Assembly: GCA_038279365.1 (NCBI GenBank)
Contig: JAYODI010000026.1
Span: 1-62,741 of the forward strand
Direction of reading: 5' to 3'
Source of the DNA: Candidatus Latescibacterota bacterium
GTDB taxonomy: Bacteria; Latescibacterota; UBA2968
DNA length: 62,741 nt
Shown here: piece by piece, positions 39,340-48,800 of the stretch
Position numbering within the stretch: position 1 is the first letter of the stretch
Layout: each line of letters starts with the position of its first letter
Notes under the pieces: generated by a model
What the model was told of the DNA's origin: nothing
Seen by the model: only the letters and a program-made list of their open reading frames with translations
Databases searched by the model: none
Translations under genes and position numbers: made by a program

Positions 39340-40292
39340 ATCCATTGGCAAGATTAGATTTAAGCCGATTCCAGATTGACGATGAAAGTTTTGTTGGGCA
39401 AGCCATTGCTTTGGGCATGCGTTTTAACAAACTCCCCTCTCAGACATCGGATGCTTTGTTGGGTTTTTTGCGTGCTAAGGGGTTGTATTATGGGCAACGC
39501 AATCGATCTGGCATTGCCATTGCCAGAGATGGTTTGGAGCGCGGTGTGCGCCAAGCGTTGATCTGTTTGGATATGGGGCTTAAAGATACGTCTCAAGGCG
39601 ATCTCAATACGGCTGTTGAGTTGTTGGCGCAGGGTGATTTTGAGGCCATTCGAAAAAATGGATATCAAATTGCTTTTTTCCAATTGCAAGAAATTCGCAA
39701 AAGCAGTTTGGCTTTGCTCACGCGCCCAACGGCTACTTTTTTACAAGAAGAACATCGCAATTTGATGCGGTGGTCTACTTTGGTACCCGAAACGTGGACA
39801 CGGCCTCCAGATGATTTAGAAGAAGAAGCGATGTTGGTTGATGTCCGAACAGATTATGGTGTTTTTTTGCAAACGCAAGCCCGTATGGATTTTCTCAATT
39901 CGATTCCCAATGAGGCGCTTAATCAATTGCAACAATCGGTTTCGGATGGTCGATCTTTTGATGGTTTGTTGCGCAATTTGATTTTGGCGTTGGCGTTGGA
40001 TTTGGAAACACTTTTGCCATCGGCGATGGAAATCGAACGGTTTAGAGAAACGTGTTTTGAACAAAACAAAATTCGGCCTGAGATTCGGGATAAGGTTTTG
40101 CATTTGATGGACCGCCAGCTTGAAGCCAGTGTTTTGAAGGCGTTTCATCGGTCTGAAATTCGTACATCAGTAGAAGATGAAATTGAATTTTTAGAGCAAG
40201 TTTCGGGTGGCGATATGGTCAACTTTTTCTTGTTGCCCGGAAAAAAGGCTGTGACGGCAGATGATTTATTGGGGGGAGAGGCAATCGCGTAA
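39336..40292 (+). CDS. hypothetical helical protein (possibly DUF6178-related), translationally coupled
   Basis: ATGA overlap with the upstream gene and RBS GGAGG; the family guess is from memory only. Confidence 0.65.
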   Translation: MNPLARLDLSRFQIDDESFVGQAIALGMRFNKLPSQTSDALLGFLRAKGLYYGQRNRSGIAIARDGLERGVRQALICLDMGLKDTSQGDLNTAVELLAQGDFEAIRKNGYQIAFFQLQEIRKSSLALLTRPTATFLQEEHRNLMRWSTLVPETWTRPPDDLEEEAMLVDVRTDYGVFLQTQARMDFLNSIPNEALNQLQQSVSDGRSFDGLLRNLILALALDLETLLPSAMEIERFRETCFEQNKIRPEIRDKVLHLMDRQLEASVLKAFHRSEIRTSVEDEIEFLEQVSGGDMVNFFLLPGKKAVTADDLLGGEAIA

Positions 40293-40315
40293 TATTTTTT
40301 TAAAGGCGACGTGTT

Positions 40316-40347
40316 GGGGCGTGCTCGTGAGGGTACGTCCCATTTTT
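40316..40347 (+). terminator. probable terminator
   Basis: ggggcgtgctc-GTGA-gggtacgtccc (with G-U pairs) followed by a T-rich tract. Confidence 0.55.
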
Positions 40348-40444
40348 ATTTTTAAGAACACACAGGGTTTGAAACAGGGTGATGTGATTAAAAGACGAAT
40401 GTTGTTGTATCTCAAAAAGGGTGTGCTTTTTTTGTTGTCGGTAT

Positions 40445-40470
40445 GAACCTCTATCATCCAGGCGGTGTCA
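40445..40470 (+). promoter_or_regulatory. candidate ECF-sigma autoregulatory promoter
   Basis: GAACCT-N16-GTCA about 20 nt upstream of the sigma start codon. Confidence 0.4.
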
Positions 40471-40489
40471 TTGTAGCAGAGGCCCTTTT

Positions 40490-41080
40490 ATGACTCCAAC
40501 AGATGCAGAACTGATACAGCGCATATTAAACCGAGACACAGATGCATTTGCTGTGTTGTTTGATCGGTATATGGTTCAGGTGACCGATCACTTGGCACGT
40601 ATGTTGAAAGAAAGTGGTGCCGCAGATGATGTGGCACAAGAAGTGTTTTTGCGTGTTTGGAGTCGGGCAGATCAGTGGTCTGGTGCGGGATCATTTCGGG
40701 CGTGGTTGTTGCGCATTGCGACCAATTTGGCTCTGAATCATTTGCGAGGCAAAAAACGTCGTCGCGAATTGCCTTTGGAGATGCCTTCTCTCTATGACGA
40801 CGATGAAGATGAAAACCTTGTTCCTGGTTGGATGATCGATCACGCATCTTTGGGCCCAGATGCACAGATTGAACAATCGGAACAACAGCAGATGATTCGG
40901 CAAATGATTTCCGATTTGCCAAAAGATAAACGAGAGGTTTTTGAAATGGTTCACAAGGATGAGTTGGCCCTTCAGGAGGTGGCCAAGCGCTTGGACATTC
41001 CTGAAGGAACTGTAAAGTCTCGGTTGTTTCACGCACGAAAAAGATTGGTCCTTGCTTGGCAAGAAAGAACAGGGGAATAG
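40490..41080 (+). CDS. ECF (group 4) RNA polymerase sigma factor
   Basis: ADDVAQEVFLRVW, FRAWLLRIATNLALN (sigma2); EVAKRLDIPEGTVKSRLFHARKRL (sigma4). Confidence 0.95.
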   Translation: MTPTDAELIQRILNRDTDAFAVLFDRYMVQVTDHLARMLKESGAADDVAQEVFLRVWSRADQWSGAGSFRAWLLRIATNLALNHLRGKKRRRELPLEMPSLYDDDEDENLVPGWMIDHASLGPDAQIEQSEQQQMIRQMISDLPKDKREVFEMVHKDELALQEVAKRLDIPEGTVKSRLFHARKRLVLAWQERTGE

Positions 41081-41146
41081 CGCACCACGGGCATTGGTGA
41101 GATGTTTTTTCGCATTTGGACATCATCATGTTTTGGAGGATATAAA

Positions 41147-44100
41147 ATGGCAATTGATATGCAGGCACCGTGGCATAAAGATTCTTGGGATGCATTTTTG
41201 CAAAATGGGTTGCCCCGTTTATTGGCTGACCGTGTGGGGATTGCAGGATACAATATTGAGCAGATAGATACCTATTTTTGTCGGTTGCATTTGTCAGTGA
41301 AGGGAACGCGGGGCTTAACCGATGTGGTTTATGAAAATATCCCTTTGTGTGATGACTTGGGGCGGTTTCGTGTTGATGGGTATACGCGCATAGTGGTACC
41401 CAAACCCACAGAAGTAGATTTGGAAAAGGCCGACATTTTGTGTGTGGGTGAGCAAGTTTTGGGGTTTTTGGCTACACAAATTGGCGACGTGCCAGAGGGT
41501 ATTGTGGGAACAGATGCGATTTTGGCGTGTTTGCCTTTGGCCGAGTGGATTCACGAATTTTTTGTTTCCGAACCGACGTCACAGTATCTGCAAATGACAA
41601 ATGATGTGGATATGCACACCCACTTGCGACGCATTACTTTATACACACTTTTGGGTGAAGCGATTGACGACAAGTATGTCGTTCACCCGTCACAAGAAGG
41701 GCGTGTTTGTTTGTTTGCCACACCCGAAGGACCCAATATTTCGCGCATTTTTGAAGTGGCGTTAGGGGCAACGATTCGAGATGGCAAGTTGATTGTTGTG
41801 GATGATACCCCTGCAATGGCCTTGGGGAGCAATGCGTCGATGATTCCGTTTTTGGAACACGACGATACCAACCGGTCTTTAATGGGCATGAATATGGTGC
41901 GCCAATGGGTGGGCGTGCCAAACCCAAAGTGGCCACGTGATGAGGTGGGTGTTTGGCACACCTACCACAGTGAATATGACGGGCTCAAACCCGAAACAGA
42001 ACCGGCCTTGGTGCAAACGGGTTGTGAGACAGATGATGCTTACTTTTGGAAAGGCTATAATCTGCTGACCGCTTTTATGTCTTGGGACGGCGATACCTAT
42101 GAAGATGGCGTGGTGATCAGTGAGTCGGCGGCAAAAAAAATGACGCAACCCCAAGGTGTGGCATTGGGCGATAAATTGAGCAATCGACACGGTTACAAGG
42201 GGGTGGTGACACGGATTTTACCCGACGCAGATATGCCATACTTGCCCGATGGCACGCCGGTGGAATTGATTGTGAGTGTGTGCTCATTGCCTTCTCGAAT
42301 GAATATGGGGCAATTGCGAGAGGCGGCATTGGGGCGTGTGGCAAAGGCCGAGGGCAAACCCGTGATTGTGCCGCCATTTGCTGGGCCGTCAACGGAAGAA
42401 ATAAAAGGGCGATTGAAAGCCAATGGATTGTCTGATGATGGAATGGAACAACTGACGTTAAAGGGGAATGCACTTCCGCGACGCACAACAGCAGGGTGGG
42501 TGTATTGGGGGCGGTTGAGTCATATGGTGAAAAATAAGATTCACTTTGCGGTGCATCCTCAAGAGAGAGGGCAGTTTTTGGGCGAGATGGAGTTTGTTGC
42601 GCTGAAAGAAGCGGGTGCGGTGGCTCTTGTGAATGAGTTTTTCAATACGTGTTCTGCCGAACATCCAGAAGCCGATTCTTTGGCTGATCGTGTGTCTAAT
42701 GGAACGGTATCACCTGCTGGTGCACCTTCGGCAAGATATGGTGCTTTGACCAGGCGATTAGGCTGTGACGGCGTGGTGGCGTCACTGGGTGATAAAGGCG
42801 TGTCATTTTCAACTAAACAGTCGGGTGATTTTTCTTTGGCGCGTTCGGTGGCGCATCCGTGGCTTTCCGGGCATCAATTGTCTCATATTGGGCAGACCGA
42901 TTTGCCTGAGGGCGAGGCGGTGCAAGAGGCCAACGCGCGTTTGGAACAGATGGTTGCCAAGGGTGCGCCTCAGGTGCTGATTGATCGGGCAACAGACACC
43001 TTGTCAGAGCGGGTTCAGGCTTTTTATAATGTGTTGGTGACACGAAGGGATTTGTGCTTTCAGGCGCGGGTAATTTTTAGCGGGCGTTCGGTCATTGTGC
43101 CCAATAAACATTTTAAATATGACCAAGTGGGTGTACCAGAAGAAATGGCGTGGGCATTGTTTGGGCCGTTTGTGACACGGGCATTGGGCAGTGACACGGA
43201 CGTGAAAAAACGCTCGAAAAAAGCAGAGCAGGCGTTGGATGAGGTGATGGCAAAAATGTGGATTGTTTCAACGCGTGCCCCTGCGGTGTCACCCACTTCG
43301 TTTTTGGCATTTCATCCTGTGCGTGTTTCGGGTGATGCGATTCAAGTGCCCATTTTGAGCAGCAAGCTGATGGATGCCGATTTTGATGGCGATCAAATGG
43401 CTTTGTTGTTGCCCGTGACGGATGAGGGGCAACAGGCTGCGCGCGATCATTTAACTGTTAAGGCACATTTGACCCGCGACCCCAGTTTGATTCGGCGTGA
43501 AAAAATTCACCCCATGCACGACGCGTTATTTGGTTTGGCCACGTTGAGTATGACCGATGCTGGTTTGAAGGCATTGGAAGACATTGCGGGGGAACCTTTC
43601 AAGCGTGAAGGCAAGTTTTTAGATAAGAAGCATTTTATCGCTTTGCTGGAAAATGTGATGATCAAAGACGGGGCAGAAGCGGTGCTGGACTTGTCTGAAC
43701 GGTTGCAAAGAAAAGGTTTTGAAGTGGCCCAGCAAACAGGGGCTTCGATGGGTGCGTTTTTGGGTGGCGACCTTAATTTGCCCAATCCGCCAGAAGGAGA
43801 TGATGTGGATGAGTGGCGATCTTATGTGGATGAGTTGACGGCTGAATTGAGTCCGTTCGATGATTTTAACGATGACGAATTTGGCGTGATCGCCATGTTG
43901 GCCGAATGTGGTGCAAGGGGCAATTGGACACAGTTACGGCACTTTGTGGCCCCTCAGGGGTTGGTTCGCACCGCACGAGGTGACTTGATGCCCATTCGGC
44001 ATTGTTACCGAGATGGTCTCACCCCCCAAGAGATTATCACACGAACCGTTGGCGCACGCTTGGGCTTGGCCAATGCGTTGGCTGAAATGATGGAGGTCAA

Positions 44101-44257
44101 CCGCGATTTGTCCATTCAAGGGGCACCCAGTGGTTACGGTGTTTTGTCACGCGCTCGTCGCTCAGAAAAACCTGGCGTGGTGTTTGCCCGGGCCGCACAA
44201 AAGGGTGAAGTGGACCCTTTGACGGATGAATACAGTCGGTTGTTTGTTGGGGTGTAG
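41147..44257 (+). CDS. miniaturised fused beta/beta' DNA-directed RNA polymerase-like protein (1036 aa)
   Basis: RpoB motifs THLRR, TPEGPNI, IPFLEHDD.NRSLMG.NM.RQ, YEDG, GDKLSNRHGYKG, DMPYLPDGTP, PSRMN.GQ, GQ.LGEME, then RpoC motifs SGRSVI, RAPA, DADFDGDQM, GARG, GL..QE, GARLGLA, all in one frame; RBS GGAGG. Confidence 0.92.
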   Translation: MAIDMQAPWHKDSWDAFLQNGLPRLLADRVGIAGYNIEQIDTYFCRLHLSVKGTRGLTDVVYENIPLCDDLGRFRVDGYTRIVVPKPTEVDLEKADILCVGEQVLGFLATQIGDVPEGIVGTDAILACLPLAEWIHEFFVSEPTSQYLQMTNDVDMHTHLRRITLYTLLGEAIDDKYVVHPSQEGRVCLFATPEGPNISRIFEVALGATIRDGKLIVVDDTPAMALGSNASMIPFLEHDDTNRSLMGMNMVRQWVGVPNPKWPRDEVGVWHTYHSEYDGLKPETEPALVQTGCETDDAYFWKGYNLLTAFMSWDGDTYEDGVVISESAAKKMTQPQGVALGDKLSNRHGYKGVVTRILPDADMPYLPDGTPVELIVSVCSLPSRMNMGQLREAALGRVAKAEGKPVIVPPFAGPSTEEIKGRLKANGLSDDGMEQLTLKGNALPRRTTAGWVYWGRLSHMVKNKIHFAVHPQERGQFLGEMEFVALKEAGAVALVNEFFNTCSAEHPEADSLADRVSNGTVSPAGAPSARYGALTRRLGCDGVVASLGDKGVSFSTKQSGDFSLARSVAHPWLSGHQLSHIGQTDLPEGEAVQEANARLEQMVAKGAPQVLIDRATDTLSERVQAFYNVLVTRRDLCFQARVIFSGRSVIVPNKHFKYDQVGVPEEMAWALFGPFVTRALGSDTDVKKRSKKAEQALDEVMAKMWIVSTRAPAVSPTSFLAFHPVRVSGDAIQVPILSSKLMDADFDGDQMALLLPVTDEGQQAARDHLTVKAHLTRDPSLIRREKIHPMHDALFGLATLSMTDAGLKALEDIAGEPFKREGKFLDKKHFIALLENVMIKDGAEAVLDLSERLQRKGFEVAQQTGASMGAFLGGDLNLPNPPEGDDVDEWRSYVDELTAELSPFDDFNDDEFGVIAMLAECGARGNWTQLRHFVAPQGLVRTARGDLMPIRHCYRDGLTPQEIITRTVGARLGLANALAEMMEVNRDLSIQGAPSGYGVLSRARRSEKPGVVFARAAQKGEVDPLTDEYSRLFVGV

Positions 44258-44288
44258 ATAGGTAATAGTGATTGAGAATGTGAGTCGT

Positions 44289-44325
44289 AAGGCGTGTCTG
44301 CAAACAAGCAGACACGCCTTTTTTT
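44289..44325 (+). terminator. intrinsic terminator closing the sigma-polymerase operon
   Basis: aaggcgtgtctgc/gcagacacgcctt followed by a T tract. Confidence 0.85.
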
Positions 44326-44417
44326 GAAACAAAATGGAGCAATAACCGACAATCTCAGGGAATCATTTGTTCAAATGACCTATTGATAAATCACAAATAT
44401 CTCTCGCCCCAATCACC

Positions 44418-44441
44418 GTAGGGGCGCGGTTCCCGCGCCCT
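44418..44441 (+). repeat. GTAG-family REP-like palindrome (single copy here)
   Basis: GTAGGGGCGCGG-TT-CCCGCGCCCT. Confidence 0.5.
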
Positions 44442-44565
44442 AATTTTAGCGTTATTCGCGCCAAAATTTTAATGGCGATAAAATGTTAATTTTATTTTTT
44501 ACATTGCGTGGAAGATTCGTAATGATTTTTTGAGGTGATTGATTAAGAAATATTTTTTTTAAGGA

Positions 44566-45096
44566 ATGAAAATGGAACGGTTATTTCACGTGAGCGATCA
44601 GGCTGATATTCAACGCTTCGAACCACGGGTGTCACCTTCGGTAAATGAGGTTGTCCAAGACGACAAGGTGGTTTGGGCCATTGCTGAGAGTTTATTACAC
44701 AATTATTTGTTTCCGCGAGATTGCCCGCGCGTGACGTTTTACGCAGGCGAGCAAACCACGCAAGAAGATCGTGAACGGCTGTGGCAAACGAGTACCGCCA
44801 AACACATTGTGGCCATTGAGTCGTGTTGGGTGAGTAATATGTTGACGGAGACGTTATACGGTTACGTGTTGCCTGACGAGACGTTTGAAAAGACGGATGA
44901 TATCGCACGGTATTACATTTCTCGCAAAGCCGTTGAGCCGATTTCTGTGATCGTTTTTAACAATTTGTTTTTAGAATTGTCTCGGCGCGATGTTGAGGTG
45001 CGAATTCTTCCGTCTCTTTGGGCTTTGCGAGACGCTGTGGTGAATTCTACAGTAAATTTCTCAATTATTCGAATGAGAAATGCCCAACCGAGATAG
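44566..45096 (+). CDS. conserved hypothetical protein (DUF6886-like)
   Basis: LFHVS....I.RFEPR, VWAI, NYLFPRDCPRV, FSIIRMRNA. Confidence 0.7.
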   Translation: MKMERLFHVSDQADIQRFEPRVSPSVNEVVQDDKVVWAIAESLLHNYLFPRDCPRVTFYAGEQTTQEDRERLWQTSTAKHIVAIESCWVSNMLTETLYGYVLPDETFEKTDDIARYYISRKAVEPISVIVFNNLFLELSRRDVEVRILPSLWALRDAVVNSTVNFSIIRMRNAQPR

Positions 45097-45309
45097 TTCC
45101 GAAAGCTGTGGTGTGTTTCAATTTTGAGGTGGATCTGGAACGTCTTAGCTATAAATAGTGCATGTGTGATGAACTTTTTTAAGAAATTGATTTCAAGAAC
45201 TAAATTTTATATGATAATTAAGTGTTTAAAAAACAAATGATAATTTTTATATATTGTGAAAAATATGATTAATTATATGGTTAGGTTATTTTTGATTGAA
45301 AATAAATAC

Positions 45310-45353
45310 TTGACACTTACTATGGTATTCGTCATGTTACTAAAAATTTAGTA
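45310..45353 (+). promoter_or_regulatory. promoter with a BlaI-type operator palindrome
   Basis: TTGACA at 45310; TACTAAA-AA-TTTAGTA (45338-45353) and a degenerate TACTA half-site at 45318. Confidence 0.6.
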
Positions 45354-45404
45354 GATCGACTTGTGTTTGTAGAAGTGCAATGCGTGTTTGACCAAGGAGA
45401 TGAG

Positions 45405-45800
45405 ATGGGCAAGAAAAAACGATTGGCCGAGGCCGAGTGGGAAGTGATGGACTGTGTGTGGGATTTTGACCATCAGGTGACGGTGCGCGAGGTGCACGAA
45501 TTTTTGTATCCCAATGGGGAGAAAGCCTATACCACCGTTCAGACGATTATGAATATTTTGACGGAAAAAGGCGTTCTGTTGCGTCAAAAAATTGGACCCG
45601 TCAATGTCTATTCACCGGCTTTGTCACGTGAAGATGCCGCCCGTGATGAAACGCAGTCTTTGGTGGCGCGTATGTTTGAAGGCTCGTTTGGTGCATTGGC
45701 CACTTATTTGGTGAATTCTGACACGCTTTCTCGCGAAGAATTGGACGAATTAAAGTCGCTTATTGATGAACGTGAGCGCGATCAGGGAGGAGGTAAATAA
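45405..45800 (+). CDS. BlaI/MecI/CopY family repressor
   Basis: LAEAEWEVM..VW, AYTTVQTIMNILTEKG, FEGS; RBS AAGGAG. Confidence 0.93.
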   Translation: MGKKKRLAEAEWEVMDCVWDFDHQVTVREVHEFLYPNGEKAYTTVQTIMNILTEKGVLLRQKIGPVNVYSPALSREDAARDETQSLVARMFEGSFGALATYLVNSDTLSREELDELKSLIDERERDQGGGK

Positions 45801-48800
45801 TGATCCATACCTTGATTCAACTCGCCGAATCTTGGTGGCCGCTTTATGCGGTACATATGCTCGAAACGTCGTTGTTCATTTTGGTTGTGTGGGCACTTGA
45901 TCGGTGGGTGCATTTGGATACGCGACTGCGCTATTCATTGTGGCTGTGTGCATTGGTGAAGACGTTTGTGCCGCCTTTTTACGCGTTGCCTTTGCCTACG
46001 TTTTTGTCTGAGGCACCCACGCCCGTTCAGCCGGTATCCTTTGGTGGGGAAGCTGTGTGGTCAGAGATGTCTTATGTTGCGCCTGTTGCGTTGCCACCTG
46101 AGCCGATTCCAATGGTCTTTTGGGCTTTTACGCTGTGGAGTGTATCAGTTATTGTTTTTGTTGGGATGACGCTGTGGCGCAATCTCGCTTTTCAACGCAC
46201 GTTGGGCATTGCGAATCCCGTGTCTTTGTCTGGCGATTTGGACGATTTGACCCAAGGAGCCAATCTCAAAGTTTTCTCAAAAGCCAATCTCACATCTCCG
46301 TTGCTGGTGGGCGTGGTGAAACCGCGTTTGTATTTGCCATCCACTTGGCAAACCTGGACGCCCACCCAATTACGCGGCATTGTGGCGCATGAATTGGCGC
46401 ATTATCACAACCGCGATTTGTGGGCATTGGCCTTCCAAGTTTTGGCCACGGTGTTTTGTGGTCTTAATCCTTTGATTTGGCTGGTGAACCGTCGCTTGGC
46501 GCATTTGCGCGAGTTGCGTTGTGATGAAGATGCGTTGCTCAAGTCTGGCATTTCACCCGTGGAATATGGCAAGTTGCTTTACGCGTTTTTAGATGCCAAT
46601 GCACACCCAGGGTTGCCCGCGTTGGGCTTTAACGAAAAAGACACACCGCTTAAGAAACGTTTTGAACACGTTCTCAATTTTAAGGGGGGCACGATGAAAC
46701 GATCCAAATGGCAATACGCAATTCCAGTTTTGGTCGCCTTGGCGATTGTGCCGTTTTCAATTCGAGAAACATATTCACAACCTCAGGAAGTGGTGCAAAA
46801 AGCAAGTGACACACCTTTATTGAACACGCCATCAAGTGAACAGGGGAGAATACGAGTCAAACCAATCAAGCGGATTCCAGCCTCCTACCCAGAGAGCGCA
46901 GAGAAGAATGGCATTGAAGGGTATGTGCTCGCGGAGTTGACGATTGATCCTGATGGCACGGTCAGTGGTATTACCATGCTTGAAGGTGATACGATGTTTT
47001 TGAATTCGGTGACAACAGCATTGCTTCAATACCGCTATACACCGTTTACACACGCAAATTCGATTAAGAAAAAACAAATCATTGCGTTTCAATTGGCAGG
47101 AGACAGTCGCCCTGTGTATAGTCCTGCCGAAGAGGTGATGAAAAAATCAGACTTTGGCCTAATGGTTGTGATGGGTGAAGCACCCGGGGCTAATTCTGAA
47201 AATAAAACATCTACAGTTTCAGCAGATGTTTTAACACGGGTAGATTTTATGCCCTTAGGTGAAAAGCATGTTAAGATGTCATTGCTTGTGGGGGTAGACG
47301 GTGCGACGCCACGGGACCAAGAAGTGCTAAAAGCCAATCGGTCAGAGATATTAAAGACCATTCATAAGATTGTGAGTGGTGACGGACGAGATGTTTTTTA
47401 TGAAGAAGGTATGCGTTTTCAAGTGCGACAAGAAATTCGTTTCATGCTTGAACATCAATTGAAGGTCAAGATCAAAGATGTCAAACTTGGAGATGCCCAG
47501 GCCAAAACAGAGCTTACTCAAATGTCTGATATTTGGGTGAACTACAAGGGTGATATGTTAATAAACATGAATAAAGCCGTTACTGTCAATGAGCTGGAGG
47601 CGTCGTTTAGGTCATTAAAAAATGATCAAAATACAAAGACATTGTTGATGCGGGTAGATCGTGGTGCGCCACAACATATCATTGATGCCATTCAACAAAG
47701 TGCCACACGTGTAGGCATTGAGGTGCGCGATACTGGGGGCCCCCCATTGATTCAAGAGCCATCAGGTATCACACAGGCTGATGGTCTTCAAATTTTACAG
47801 TTTTTTAAAGTGGATCATAAACCCAAGCCGATTACCAAAGTGGATCCAATTTACCCACCTAATGCCAAAGCCAAAGGATTAACGGGTAAAGTGTTTCTCA
47901 AGTTTTTAATTCATACAGATGGCTCTGTAAGTGACGTGAAGGTGTTACGGGGAAAGGAAGAATTCCACCAAGCCGCAATTGACGCCATCCTCCAATACAA
48001 ATTTGAACCGGCCAAACATCAAGGTCAAATTGTACCCGTGTGGATGACTCAACCGATTTCATTTCAGTTAGAGAATTCTCTGGATAAATCAGAATCTTCA
48101 ACACCTGAATCGGATATGTTAAAGGTTTTGGAAACGAGAAATGCTGAAAGGAACCAAATTCTCGATGCCTCTCAAGTAGACGAAAAACCTCATCCCGCTC
48201 GAATCGTCACACCACAATATCCAGAAGAAGCAAAGGCGCAAGGCATCGAAGGAAATGTATTGGTGAGTGGTGTGGTGAATACGGATGGAACCGTAAGTGA
48301 TTTAAAGATTGTGAGTGGTGATGAGATGTTTCATGAGTCTGCTTTGGTAGCCGCAAAACAAATGCGGTTTCGCCCCGCTAAACATCAAGGCCAAACGGTT
48401 CCTGTGCGGTTGACAATGCCGATGGATTTTCGACTGAAAAGTTCCCAAAGCAATAGACAGTTACCATTGGGGCTTAGAGGAGGGTTTTTCGGGAATAAGA
48501 GAATGTCTGAAATCTGGATCAATACCAAAGGAGATTTGTTAATAGATCAATCCAAAGCCGTCACTCTGGAAACTCTGGGTTCTGAATTGGCACAGTTAAA
48601 AGAACAAAAGAATATTGATACCATATTGTTGAAACCTGATGTCAAAACACCTATGGACCACGTGCAAAAGGTTTTGGATGTTGTGGGGCAAACAGGGTTG
48701 AAAGTGCATATGTTCAGTTTTGATCCTGCTGAACTTAAGGAACGCAATAGGCCAAAGGATCTGAATAACATAGAGTTCTACCAGGCCGATGTGAAACCCG

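Noticed and set aside
40488-41195. 235-aa minus-strand ORF
   Set aside because: Antisense shadow of the ECF sigma gene
38374-44257. Single four-gene operon
   Set aside because: A probable terminator at 40316-40347 and a separate candidate promoter split it in two
41147-44257. Housekeeping rpoB/rpoC, or an rpoBC pseudogene
   Set aside because: Too short, too divergent and lacking ribosomal-protein context for the housekeeping enzyme. The intact frame, RBS, terminator, retained catalytic residues and clean domain-boundary deletions argue against decay.
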